A DNA stretch of 64,000 nucleotides from Eledone cirrhosa (Eukaryota): positions 25,482,001 to 25,546,000 of the forward strand of contig OZ024740.1 in NCBI GenBank assembly GCA_964016885.1, read 5' to 3'. How positions within the stretch are numbered: the stretch's first letter is position 1; each line of letters begins with the position of its first letter. Shown piece by piece: positions 13,931-27,800 of this stretch. The notes beneath the pieces are model-generated. The model saw nothing but the letters and a program-made list of their open reading frames with translations, made no database searches and was not told the origin of the DNA. The position numbers and the translations under genes are program-made.

Positions 13931-16900
13931 GATACTTCTATTGTAGTTGTAGTTACTTCTCTTTTAGTTGTAGATACTTCTGTTGTAGATACATCTATTG
14001 TAGTTGTAGTTACTTCTATTGTAGTTGTAGTTACTTCTATTGTAGTTGTAGTTACTTCTATTGTAGTTGTAGTTATTTCTATTGTAGTTGTAGTTACTTC
14101 TATTGTAGTTGTAGTTACTTCTATTGTAGTTGTAGTTACATCTATTGTAGTTGTAGTTACTTCTCTTGTAGTTGTAGTTACTTTTATTGTACTTGTAGAT
14201 ACTTCTATTGTAGTTGTAGATATTTCTGTTGTAGTTACTTCTATTGTAGGTGTAGTTACTTCAATTGTAGTTGTAGTTACTTCTATTGTAGTTGTAGTTA
14301 CTTCTATTGTAGTTGTAGTTACTTCTATTGTAGTTGTAGATACTTCTATTGTAGTTGTAGTTACTTCTATTGTAGTTGTAGATACTTCTATTGTAGTTGT
14401 AGATACTTCTATTGTAGTTGTAGTTACTTCTATTGTAGTTGTAGTTACTTATATTGTAGTTGTAGTTACTTCTATTGTAGCTGTAGTTACTTCTATTGTA
14501 GTTGTAGTTATTTCTATTGTAGTTGTAGTTACTTCTATTGTAGTTGTAGTTATTTCTATTGTAGTTGTAGTTACTTTATTGTAGTTGTAGTTACTTCTCT
14601 TGTAGTTGTAGTTACTTCTATTGTAGTTGTAGTTACTTCTCTTTTAGTTGTAGATACTTCTGTTGTAGATACATCTATTGTAGTTGTAGGTACTTCTATT
14701 GTAGTTGTAGTTACTTCTATTGTAGTTGTAGTTACTTCTATTGTAGTTGTAGTTACTTCTATTGTAGCTGTAGTTACTTCTATTGTAGTTGTAGTTATTT
14801 CTATTGTAGTTGTAGTTACTTTATTGTAGTTGTAGTTACTTCTCTTGTAGTTGTAGTTACTTCTATTGTAGTTGTAGTTACTTCTCTTTTAGTTGTAGAT
14901 ACTTCTGTTGTAGATACATCTATTGTAGTTGTAGGTACTTCTATTGTAGTTGTAGTTACTTCTATTGTAGTTGTAGTTACTTTATTGTAGTTGTAGTTAC
15001 TTGTATTGTAGTTGTAGTTACTTCTATTGTAGTTGTAGTTACTACTATTGTAGTTGTAGTTACTTCTATTGTAGTTGTAGTTTGTTCTATTGTAGTTGTA
15101 GTTACTTCTATCGTAGGTGTAGTTACTTCTATTGTAGTTGTAGTTACTTCTATTGTAGTTGTAGATACTTCTATTGTAGTTGTAGTTACTTCTATTGTAG
15201 TTGTAGATACTTCTATTGTAGTTGTAGATACTTCTATTGTAGATGTAGATACTTCTATTATAGTTGTAGTTACTTCTATTGTAGTTGTAGATACTTCTAT
15301 TGCAATTGTAGTTACTTCTATTGTAGTTGTAGTTACTTCTATTGTAGTTGTAGTTACTTCTATTGTAGTTGTAGTTACTTCTATTGTAGTTGTAGTTACT
15401 TTATTGTAGTTGTAGTTACTTCTATTGTAGTTGTAGATACTTCTATTGTAATTGTAGGTACTTCTATTGTAGTTGTAGTTACTTCTATTGTAGTTGTAGA
15501 TATTTCTGTTGTAGTTACTTCTATTGTAGGTGTAGTTACTTCAATTGTAGTTGTAGTTACTTCTATTGTAGATGTAGTTACTTCTATTGTAGTTGTAGTT
15601 ACTTCTATTGTAGTTGTAGATACTTCTATTGTAGTTGTAGTTACTTCTATTGTAGTTGTAGTTACTTCTATTGTAGTTGTAGTTACTTCTATTCTAGTTG
15701 TAGTTACTTTATTGTAGTTGTAGTTACTTCTATTGTAGTTGTAGATACTTCTATTGTAGTTGTAGGTACTTCTATTGTAGTTGTAGTTACTTCTATTGTA
15801 GTTGTAGTTACTTCTATTGTAGTTGTAGTTACTTCTATTGTAGTTGTAGTTACTTCTATTGTAGTTGTAGTTACTTCTATTGTAGTTGTAGTTACTTCTA
15901 TTGTAGTTGTAGTTACTTCTATTGTAGTTGTAGTTACTTCTATTGTAGTTGTAGTTATTTCTATTGTAGTTGTAGTTACTTCTATTGTAGTTGTAGTTAC
16001 TTCTATTGTAGTTGTAGTTACTTCTATTGTAGTTGTAGTTACTTCTCTTGTAGTTGTAGTTACTTTTATTGTACTTGTAGATACTTCTATTGTAGTTGTA
16101 GATATTTCTGTTGTAGTTACTTCTATTGTAGGTGTAGTTACTTCAATTGTAGTTGTAGTTACTTCTATTGTAGTTGTAGTTACTTCTATTGTAGTTGTAG
16201 TTACTTCTATTGTAGTTGTAGATACTTCTATTGTAGTTGTAGTTACTTCTATTGTAGTTGTAGATACTTCTATTGTAGTTGTAGATACTTCTATTGTAGT
16301 TGTAGTTACTTCTATTGTAGTTGTAGTTACTTATATTGTAGTTGTAGTTACTTCTATTGTAGCTGTAGTTACTTCTATTGTAGTTGTAGTTATTTCTATT
16401 GTAGTTGTAGTTACTTCTATTGTAGTTGTAGTTATTTCTATTGTAGTTGTAGTTACTTTATTGTAGTTGTAGTTACTTCTCTTGTAGTTGTAGTTACTTC
16501 TATTGTAGTTGTAGTTACTTCTCTTTTAGTTGTAGATACTTCTGTTGTAGATACATCTATTGTAGTTGTAGGTACTTCTATTGTAGTTGTAGTTACTTCT
16601 ATTGTAGTTGTAGTTACTTCTATTGTAGTTGTAGTTACTTCTATTGTAGCTGTAGTTACTTCTATTGTAGTTGTAGTTATTTCTATTGTAGTTGTAGTTA
16701 CTTTATTGTAGTTGTAGTTACTTCTCTTGTAGTTGTAGTTACTTCTGTTGTAGTTGTAGTTACTTCTCTTTTAGTTGTAGATACTTCTGTTGTAGATACA
16801 TCTATTGTAGTTGTAGGTACTTCTATTGTAGTTGTAGTTACTTCTATTGTAGTTGTAGTTACTTTATTGTAGTTGTAGTTACTTGTATTGTAGTTGTAGT

Positions 16901-18899
16901 TACTTCTATTGTAGTTGTAGTTACTACTATTGTAGTTGTAGTTACTTCTATTGTAGTTGTAGTTTGTTCTATTGTAGTTGTAGTTACTTCTATCGTAGGT
17001 GTAGTTACTTCTATTGTAGTTGTAGTTACTTCTATTGTAGTTGTAGATACTTCTATTGTAGTTGTAGTTACTTCTATTGTAGTTGTAGATACTTCTATTG
17101 TAGTTGTAGATACTTCTATTGTAGATGTAGATACTTCTATTATAGTTGTAGTTACTTCTATTGTAGTTGTAGATACTTCTATTGCAATTGTAGTTACTTC
17201 TATTGTAGTTGTAGTTACTTCTATTGTAGTTGTAGTTACTTCTATTGTAGTTGTAGTTACTTCTATTGTAGTTGTAGTTACTTTATTGTAGTTGTAGTTA
17301 CTTCTATTGTAGTTGTAGATACTTCTATTGTAGTTGTAGGTACTTCTATTGTAGTTGTAGTTACTTCTATTGTAGTTGTAGTTACTTCTATTGTAGTTGT
17401 AGTTACTTCTATTGTAGTTGTAGTTACTTTATTGTAGTTGTAGTTACTTGTATTGTAGTTGTAGCTACTTCTATTGTAGTTGTAGTTACTTCTATTGTAG
17501 TTGTAGATACTTCTATTGTAGTTGTAGATACTTCTATTGTAGTTGTAGTTACTTCTATTGTAGTTGTAGTTACTTCTATTGTAGTTGTAGTTACTTCTAT
17601 TGTAGTTGTAGTTACTTCTATTGTAGTTGTTGTTACTTCTATTGTAGTTGTAGTTATTTCTATTGTAGTTGTAGTTACTTCTATTGTAGTTGTAGTTACT
17701 TCTATTGTATTTGTAGTTACTTCTATTGTAGTTGTAGTGACTTCTATTGTAGTTGTAGTTACTTCTATTGTAGCTGTAGTTACTTCTATTGTAGTTGTAG
17801 TTATTTCTATTGTAGTTGTAGTTACTTCTATTGTAGTTGTAGTTATTTCTATTGTAGTTGTAGTTACTTTATTGTAGTTGTAGTTACTTCTCTTGTAGTT
17901 GTAGTTACTTCTATTGTAGTTGTAGTTACTTCTCTTTTAGTTGTAGATACTTCTGTTGTAGATACATCTATTGTAGTTGTAGGTACTTCTATTGTAGTTG
18001 TAGTTACTTCTATTGTAGTTGTAGTTACTTCTATTGTAGTTGTAGTTACTTCTATTGTAGCTGTAGTTACTTCTATTGTAGTTGTAGTTATTTCTATTGT
18101 AGTTGTAGTTACTTTATTGTAGTTGTAGTTACTTCTCTTGTAGTTGTAGTTACTTCTATTGTAGTTGTAGTTACTTCTCTTTTAGTTGTAGATACTTCTG
18201 TTGTAGATACATCTATTGTAGTTGTAGTTACTTCTATTGTAGTTGTAGTTACTTCTATTGTAGTTGTAGTTACTTTATTGTAGTTGTAGTTACTTGTATT
18301 GTAGTTGTATTTACTTCTATTGTAGTTGTAGTTACTACTATTGTAGTTGTAGTTACTTCTATTGTAGTTGTAGTTTGTTCTATTGTAGTTGTAGTTACTT
18401 CTATCGTAGGTGTAGTTACTTCTATTGTAGTTGTTGTTACTTCTATTGTAGTTGTAGATACTTCTATTGTAGTTGTAGTTACTTCTATTGTAGTTGTAGA
18501 TACTTCTATTGTAGTTGTAGATACTTCTATTGTAGATGTAGATACTTCTATTATAGTTGTAGTTACTTCTATTGTAGTTGTAGATACTTCTATTGCAATT
18601 GTAGTTACTTCTATTGTAGTTGTAGTTACTTCTATTGTAGTTGTAGTTACTTCTATTGTAGTTGTAATTACTTCTATTGTAGTTGTAGTTACTTCTATTG
18701 TAGTTGTAGATACTCCTATTGTAGTTGTAGTTATTTCTATTGTAGTTGTAGATACTCCTATTGTAGTTGTAGATACTTCTATTGTAGATGTAGATACTTC
18801 TATTGTAGTTGTAGAAGCTTCTATTGTAGATGTTGTTACTCCTATTGTAGTTGTAGTTACTTCTATTGTAATTGTAGTTACTTCTATTGTAGTTGTAGT

Positions 18900-21800
18900 T
18901 ACTTCTATTGTAGTTGTAGTTACTTCTATTGTAGTTGTAGATACTCCCATTGTAGTTGTAGTTACTTCTAATGTAGTTGTAGATACTTCTATTGTAGTTG
19001 TAGTTATTTCTATTGTAGTTGTAGTTACTTCTCTTGTAGTTGTAGTTACTTCTATTGTAGTTGTAGTTACTTCTATTGTAGTTGTAGTTACTTCTATTGT
19101 AGTTGTAGTTACTTCTATTGTAGTTGTAGTTATTTCTATTGTAGTTGTAGTTACTTCTATTGAATTTGTAGTTACTTCTATTGTAGTTGTAGTTACTTCT
19201 ATTGTAGTTGTAGTTATTTCTATTGTAGTTGTAGTTACTTCTATTGTAGTTGTAGTTACTTCTATTGTAGTTGTAGTTACTTCTATTGTGGTTGTAGTTA
19301 TTTCTATTGTAGTTGTAGTTACTTCTATTGTAGTTGTAATTATTTCTATTGTAGTTGTAGTTACTTCTCTTGTAGTTGTAGTTAGTTCTATTGTAGTTGT
19401 AGTTACTTCTATTGTAGTTGTAGTTACTTCTATTGTAGTTGTTGTTACTTCTATTGTAGTTGTAGTTATTTCTATTGTAGTTGTAGTTACTTCTATTGTA
19501 GTTGTAGTTACTTCTATTGTAGTTGTAGTTACTTCTATTGTAGTTGTAGTTACTTCTATTGTAGTTGTAGTTACTTCTATTGTAGTTGTAGTTATTTCTA
19601 TTGTAGTTGTAGTTACTTCTATTGTAGTTGTAGTTACTTCTATTGTAGTTGTAGTTACTTCTATTGTAGTTGTAGTTACTTCTATTGTAGTTGTAGTTAC
19701 ATCTATTGTAGTTGTAGTTATTTCTATTGTAGTTGTAGTTACTTCTATTGTAGTTGTAGTTACTTCTATTGTAGTTGTAGTTACTTCTATTGTAGTTGTA
19801 GTTACTTCTCTTGTAGTTGTAGTTACTTCTATTGTACTTGTAGATACTTCTATTGTAGTTGTAGATATTTCTGTTGTAGTTACTTCTATTGTAGGTGTAG
19901 ATACTTCTATTGTAGTTGTAGTTACTTCTATTGTAGTTGTAGTTACTTCTATTGTAGTTGTAGATACTTCTATTGTAGTTGTAGGTACTTCTATTGTAGT
20001 TGTAGTTACTTCTATTGTAGTTGTAGTTACTTCTATTGTAGTTGTAGATACTTCTGTTGTAGTTACTTATATTGTAGTTGTAGATACTTCTGTTGTAGAT
20101 ACATCTATTGTAGTTGTAGGTACTTCTATTGTAGTTGTAGTTACTTCTATTGTAGTTGTAGTTACTTCTATTGTAGTTGTAGTTACTTCTATTGTAGTTG
20201 TAGTTACTTGTATTGTAGTTGTAGTAAACTTCTATTGTAGTTGTAGGTACTTCTATTGTAGTTGTAGTTACTTCTATTGTAGTTGTAGTTACTTTATTGT
20301 AGTTGTAGTTACTTCTATTGTAGTTGAAGTTACTTTATTGTAGTTGTAGTTACTTCTATTGTAGTTGTAGATACTTCTATTGTAGTTGTAGTTACTTCTA
20401 TTGTAGTTGTAGTTACTTCTATTGTAGTTGTAGATACTTCTATTGTAGTTGTAGTTACTTCTATTGTAGTTGTAGTTACTTCTATTGTAGTTGTAGTTAC
20501 TTCTATTGTAGGTGTAGTTACTTCTATTGTAGTTGTAGTTACTTTATTGTAGTTGTAGTTACTTCTATTGTAGTTGTAGTTACTTCTATTGTAGTTGTAG
20601 ATACTTCTATTGTAGTTGTAGTTACTTTATTGTAGTTGTAGTTACTTCTATTGTAGTTGTAGATACTTCTATTGTAGATGTAGATACTTCTATTGTAGTT
20701 GTAGTTACTTCTATTGTAGTTGTAGTTACTTCTATTGTAGTTGTAGTTACTTCTATTGTAGTTGTAGTTACTTCTATTGTAGTTGTAGTTACTTCTATTG
20801 TAGTTGTAGTTACTTCTATTGTAGTTGTAGTTACTTCTATTGTAGTTGTAGTTACTTCTATTGTAGTTGTAGTTACTTCTATTGTAGTTGTAGTTACTTT
20901 ATTGTAGTTGTAGTTACTTCTATTGTAGTTGTAGATACTTCTATTGTAGTTGTAGGTACTTCTATTGTAGTTGTAGTTACTTGTATTGTAGTTGTAGTTA
21001 CTGCTATTGTAGTTGTAGTTACTTCTATTGTAGTTGTAGATACTTCTATTGTAGTTGTAGATACTTCTATTGTAGTTGTAGATACTTCTATTGTAGATGT
21101 AGATACTTCTATTGTAGTTGTAGTTACTTCTATTGTAGTTGTAGTTACTTCTATTGAATTTGTAGTTACTTCTATTGTAGTTGTAGTTACTTCTATTGTA
21201 GTTGTAGTTATTTCTATTGTAGTTGTAGTTACTTCTATTGTAGTTGTAGTTACTTCTATTGTAGTTGTAGTTACTTCTATTGTAGTTGTAGTTATTTCTA
21301 TTGTAGTTGTAGTTACTTCTATTGTAGTTGTAATTATTTCTATTGTAGTTGTAGTTACTTCTCTTGTAGTTGTAGTTAGTTCTATTGTAGTTGTAGTTAC
21401 TTCTATTGTAGTTGTAGTTACTTCTATTGTAGTTGTTGTTACTTCTATTGTAGTTGTAGTTATTTCTATTGTAGTTGTAGTTACTTCTATTGTAGTTGTA
21501 GTTACTTCTATTGTAGTTGTAGTTACTTCTATTGTAGTTGTAGTTACTTCTATTGTAGTTGTAGTTATTTCTATTGTAGTTGTAGTTACTTCTATTGTAG
21601 TTGTAGTTACTTCTATTGTAGTTGTAGTTACTTCTATTGTAGTTGTAGTTACTTCTCTTGTAGTTGTAGTTACTTCTATTGTACTTGTAGATACTTCTAT
21701 TGTAGTTGTAGATATTTCTGTTGTAGTTACTTCTATTGTAGGTGTAGTTACTTCAATTGTAGTTGTAGTTACTTCTATTGTAGTTGTAGTTACTTCTATT

Positions 21801-24800
21801 GTAGTTGTAGTTACTTCTATTGTAGTTGTAGTTATTTCTATTGTAGTTGTAGTTACTTCTATTGTAGTTGTAGTTACTTCTATTGTAGTTGTAGTTACTT
21901 CTATTGTAGTTGTAGTTACTTCTCTTGTAGTTGTAGTTACTTCTATTGTACTTGTAGATACTTCTATTGCAGTTGTAGATATTTCTGTTGTAGTTACTTC
22001 TATTGTAGGTGTAGTTACTTCAATTGTAGTTGTAGTTACTTCTATTGTAGTTGTAGTTACTTCTATTGTAGTTGTAGTTACTTCTATTGTAGTTGTAGAT
22101 ACTTCTATTGTAGTTGTAGTTACTTCTATTGTAGTTGTAGTTACTTATATTGTAGTTGTAGTTACTCTATTGCAGTTGTAGTTACTTCTATTGTAGATGT
22201 AGATACTTCTATTGTAGTTGTAGTTACTTCTATTGTAGTTGTAGTTACTTCTATTGTAGTTGTAGATACTTCTATTGTAGCTGTAGGTACTTCTATTGTA
22301 GTTGTAGTTACTTCTATTGTAGTTGTAGTTACTTCTATTGTAGTTGTAGATACTTCTGTTGTAGTTACTTATATTGTAGTTGTAGATACTTATATTGTAG
22401 TTGTAGATACTTCTGTTGTAGATACATCTATTGTAGTTGTAGGTACTTCTATTGTAGTTGTAGTTACTTCTATTGTAGTTGTAGTTACTTCTATTGTAGT
22501 TGTAGTTACTTCTATTGTAGTTGTAGTTACTTGTATTGTAGTTGTAGTTACTTCTATTGTAGATGTAGGTACTTCTATTGTAGTTGTAGTTACTTTATTG
22601 TAGTTGTAGTTACTTCTATTGTAGTTGAAGTTACTTTATTGTAGTTGTAGTTACTTCTATTGTAGTTGTAGATACTTCTATTGTAGTTGTAGTTACTTCT
22701 ATTGTAGTTGTAGTTACTTCTATTGTAGTTGTAGATACTTCTATTGTAGTTGTAGTTACTTCTATTGTAGTTGTAGTTATTTCTATTGTAGTTGTAGATA
22801 CTCCCATTGTAGTTGTAGTTACTTCTATTGTAGTTGTAGATACTTCTATTGTAGTTGTAGTTATTTCTATTGTAGTTGTAGTTACTTCTCTTGTAGTTGT
22901 AGTTACTTCTATTGTAGTTGTAGTTACTTCTATTGTAGTTGTAGTTACTTCTATTGTAGTTGTAGTTACTTCTATTGTAGTTGTAGTTATTTCTATTGTA
23001 GTTGTAGTTACTTCTATTGTAGTTGTAGTTACTTCTATTGTAGATGTAGTTATTTCTATTGTAGTTGTAGATACTTCTATTGTTGTTGTAGTTACTTCTA
23101 TTGTAGTTGTAGTTACTTATATTGTAGTTGTAGTTATTTCTATTGTAGTTGTAGTTACTTCTATTGTAGTTGTAGTTATTTCTATTGTAGTTGTAGATAC
23201 TCCTATTGTAGTTGTAGATACTTCTATTGTAGATGTAGATACTTCTATTGTAGTTGTAGAAGCTTCTATTGTAGATGTTGTTACTCCTATTGTAGTTGTA
23301 GTTACTTCTATTGTAATTGTAGTTACTTCTATTGTAGTTGTAGTTACTTCTATTGTAGTTGTAGTTACTTCTATTGTGGTTGTAGTTATTTCTATTGTAG
23401 TTGTAGTTACTTCTATTGTAGTTGTAATTATTTCTATTGTAGTTGTAGTTACTTCTCTTGTAGTTGTAGTTACTTCTATTGTAGTTGTAGTTACTTCTAT
23501 TGTAGTTGTAGTTACTTCTATTGTAGTTGTAGTTACTTCTATTGTAGTTGTAGATACTTCTATTGTAGTTGTAGTTATTTCTATTGTAGTTGTAGTTACT
23601 TCTCTTGTAGTTGTAGTTACTTCTATTGTAGTTGTAGTTACTTCTATTGTAGTTGTAGTTACTTCTATTGTAGTTGTAGTTACTTCTATTGTAGTTGTAG
23701 TTACTTCTATTGTAGTTGTAGATACTCCCATTGTAGTTGTAGTTACTTCTAATGTAGTTGTAGATACTTCTATTGTAGTTGTAGTTATTTCTATTGTAGT
23801 TGTAGTTACTTCTCTTGTAGTTGTAGTTACTTCTATTGTAGTTGTAGTTACTTCTATTGTAGTTGTAGTTACTTCTATTGTAGTTGTAGTTACTTCTATT
23901 GTAGTTGTAGTTATTTCTATTGTAGTTGTAGTTACTTCTATTGTAGTTGTAGTTACTTCTATTGAATTTGTAGTTACTTCTATTGTAGTTGTAGTTACTT
24001 CTATTGTAGTTGTAGTTATTTCTATTGTAGTTGTAGTTACTTCTATTGTAGTTGTAGTTACTTCTATTGTAGTTGTAGTTACTTCTATTGTGGTTGTAGT
24101 TATTTCTATTGTAGTTGTAGTTACTTCTATTGTAGTTGTAATTATTTCTATTGTAGTTGTAGTTACTTCTCTTGTAGTTGTAGTTAGTTCTATTGTAGTT
24201 GTAGTTACTTCTATTGTAGTTGTAGTTACTTCTATTGTAGTTGTTGTTACTTCTATTGTAGTTGTAGTTATTTCTATTGTAGTTGTAGTTACTTCTATTG
24301 TAGTTGTAGTTACTTCTATTGTAGTTGTAGTTACTTCTATTGTAGTTGTAGTTACTTCTATTGTAGTTGTAGTTACTTCTATTGTAGTTGTAGTTATTTC
24401 TATTGTAGTTGTAGTTACTTCTATTGTAGTTGTAGTTACTTCTATTGTAGTTGTAGTTACTTCTATTGTAGTTGTAGTTACTTCTATTGTAGTTGTAGTT
24501 ACTTCTATTGTAGTTGTAGTTATTTCTATTGTAGTTGTAGTTACTTCTATTGTAGTTGTAGTTACTTCTATTGTAGTTGTAGTTACTTCTATTGTAGTTG
24601 TAGTTACTTCTCTTGTAGTTGTAGTTACTTCTATTGTACTTGTAGATACTTCTATTGTAGTTGTAGATATTTCTGTTGTAGTTACTTCTATTGTAGGTGT
24701 AGTTACTTCAATTGTAGTTGTAGTTACTGCTATTGTAGTTGTAGTTACTTCTATTGTAGTTGTAGTTACTTCTATTGTAGTTGTAGATACTTCTATTGTA

Positions 24801-27800
24801 GTTGTAGTTACTTCTATTGTAGTTGTAGATACTTCTATTGTAGTTGTAGATACTTCTATTGTAGTTGTAGTTACTTCTATTGTAGTTGTAGTTACTTATA
24901 TTGTAGTTGTAGTTACTCTATTGTAGTTGTAGTTACTTCTATTGTAGATGTAGATACTTCTATTGTAGTTGTAGTTACTTCTATTGTAGTTGTAGTTACT
25001 TCTATTGTAGTTGTAGATACTTCTATTGTAGTTGTAGGTACTTCTATTGTAGTTGTAGTTACTTCTATTGTAGTTGTAGTTACTTCTATTGTAGTTGTAG
25101 ATACTTCTGTTGTAGTTACTTATATTGTAGTTGTAGATACTTCTGTTGTAGATACATCTATTGTAGTTGTAGGTACTTCTATTGTAGTTGTAGTTACTTC
25201 TATTGTAGTTGTAGTTACTTCTATTGTAGTTGTAGTTACTTCTATTGTAGTTGTAGTTACTTGTATTGTAGTTGTAGTAAACTTCTATTGTAGTTGTAGG
25301 TACTTCTATTGTAGTTGTAGTTACTTCTATTGTAGTTGTAGTTACTTTATTGTAGTTGTAGTTACTTCTATTGTAGTTGAAGTTACTTTATTGTAGTTGT
25401 AGTTACTTCTATTGTAGTTGTAGATACTTCTATTGTAGTTGTAGTTACTTCTATTGTAGTTGTAGTTACTTCTATTGTAGTTGTAGATACTTCTATTGTA
25501 GTTGTAGTTACTTCTATTGTAGTTGTAGTTACTTCTATTGTAGTTGTAGTTACTTCTATTGTAGGTGTAGTTACTTCTATTGTAGTTGTAGTTACTTTAT
25601 TGTAGTTGTAGTTACTTCTATTGTAGTTGTAGTTACTTCTATTGTAGTTGTAGATACTTCTATTGTAGTTGTAGTTACTTTATTGTAGTTGTAGTTACTT
25701 CTATTGTAGTTGTAGATACTTCTATTGTAGATGTAGATACTTCTATTGTAGTTGTAGTTACTTCTATTGTAGTTGTAGTTACTTCTATTGTAGTTGTAGT
25801 TACTTCTATTGTAGTTGTAGTTACTTCTATTGTAGTTGTAGTTACTTCTATTGTAGTTGTAGTTACTTCTATTGTAGTTGTAGTTACTTCTATTGTAGTT
25901 GTAGTTACTTCTATTGTAGTTGTAGTTACTTCTATTGTAGTTGTAGTTACTTTATTGTAGTTGTAGTTACTTCTATTGTAGTTGTAGATACTTCTATTGT
26001 AGTTGTAGGTACTTCTATTGTAGTTGTAGTTACTTGTATTGTAGTTGTAGTTACTGCTATTGTAGTTGTAGTTACTTCTATTGTAGTTGTAGATACTTCT
26101 ATTGTAGTTGTAGATACTTCTATTGTAGTTGTAGATACTTCTATTGTAGATGTAGATACTTCTATTGTAGTTGTAGTTACTTCTATTGTAGTTGTAGTTA
26201 CTTCTATTGAATTTGTAGTTACTTCTATTGTAGTTGTAGTTACTTCTATTGTAGTTGTAGTTATTTCTATTGTAGTTGTAGTTACTTCTATTGTAGTTGT
26301 AGTTACTTCTATTGTAGTTGTAGTTACTTCTATTGTAGTTGTAGTTATTTCTATTGTAGTTGTAGTTACTTCTATTGTAGTTGTAATTATTTCTATTGTA
26401 GTTGTAGTTACTTCTCTTGTAGTTGTAGTTAGTTCTATTGTAGTTGTAGTTACTTCTATTGTAGTTGTAGTTACTTCTATTGTAGTTGTTGTTACTTCTA
26501 TTGTAGTTGTAGTTATTTCTATTGTAGTTGTAGTTACTTCTATTGTAGTTGTAGTTACTTCTATTGTAGTTGTAGTTACTTCTATTGTAGTTGTAGTTAC
26601 TTCTATTGTAGTTGTAGTTATTTCTATTGTAGTTGTAGTTACTACTATTGTAGTTGTAGTTACTTCTATTGTAGTTGTAGTTACTTCTATTGTAGTTGTA
26701 GTTACTTCTCTTGTAGTTGTAGTTACTTCTATTGTACTTGTAGATACTTCTATTGTAGTTGTAGATATTTCTGTTGTAGTTACTTCTATTGTAGGTGTAG
26801 TTACTTCAATTGTAGTTGTAGTTACTTCTATTGTAGTTGTAGTTACTTCTATTGTAGTTGTAGTTACTTCTATTGTAGTTGTAGTTATTTCTATTGTAGT
26901 TGTAGTTACTTCTATTGTAGTTGTAGTTACTTCTATTGTAGTTGTAGTTACTTCTATTGTAGTTGTAGTTACTTCTCTTGTAGTTGTAGTTACTTCTATT
27001 GTACTTGTAGATACTTCTATTGCAGTTGTAGATATTTCTGTTGTAGTTACTTCTATTGTAGGTGTAGTTACTTCAATTGTAGTTGTAGTTACTTCTATTG
27101 TAGTTGTAGTTACTTCTATTGTAGTTGTAGTTACTTCTATTGTAGTTGTAGATACTTCTATTGTAGTTGTAGTTACTTCTATTGTAGTTGTAGTTACTTA
27201 TATTGTAGTTGTAGTTACTCTATTGCAGTTGTAGTTACTTCTATTGTAGATGTAGATACTTCTATTGTAGTTGTAGTTACTTCTATTGTAGTTGTAGTTA
27301 CTTCTATTGTAGTTGTAGATACTTCTAGTGTAGCTGTAGGTACTTCTATTGTAGTTGTAGTTACTTCTATTGTAGTTGTAGTTACTTCTATTGTAGTTGT
27401 AGATACTTCTGTTGTAGTTACTTATATTGTAGTTGTAGATACTTATATTGTAGTTGTAGATACTTCTGTTGTAGATACATCTATTGTAGTTGTAGGTACT
27501 TCTATTGTAGTTGTAGTTACTTCTATTGTAGTTGTAGTTACTTCTATTGTAGTTGTAGTTACTTCTATTGTAGTTGTAGTTACTTGTATTGTAGTTGTAG
27601 TTACTTCTATAGTAGTTGTAGGTACTTCTATTGTAGTTGTAGTTACTTTATTGTAGTTGTAGTTACTTCTATTGTAGTTGAAGTTACTTTATTGTAGTTG
27701 TAGTTACTTCTATTGTAGTTGTAGATACTTCTATTGTAGTTGTAGTTACTTCTATTGTAGTTGTAGTTACTTCTATTGTAGTTGTAGATACTTCTATTGT
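18900..27800. repeat. Higher-order duplication, offset 4781-5053 bp (about 18.9-22.8 kb versus about 23.7-27.8 kb)
   Basis: TTGAAG markers are at 20324/25377 and 22625/27678 (offset 5053). The CCCAT marker ends at 18950/23731 (offset 4781). The rare GTAGTAAAC variant is at about 20221 and 25274. Confidence 0.85.
21540..22090. repeat. 267-bp module pair (12x21+15)
   Basis: The GTACTTGTAGATAC marker is at 21681/21948, and again at 26734/27001 and 29541/29808. Confidence 0.8.

Noticed and set aside
1937-23731. Minus-strand ORFs beginning MGVSTTT as discrete genes
   Set aside because: The ATG is a variant (CCCAT) in the middle of the repeat and the same frame is open upstream of it. There is no signal peptide or unique sequence. 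Kept only as an origin hypothesis in the findings.
4233-24926. Long Val-rich ORFs (IVVVVTS)n of up to 700 aa
   Set aside because: They are the antisense of the Thr frame, and their composition is implausible for a protein. Their length just reflects the distance between 20-bp monomers.
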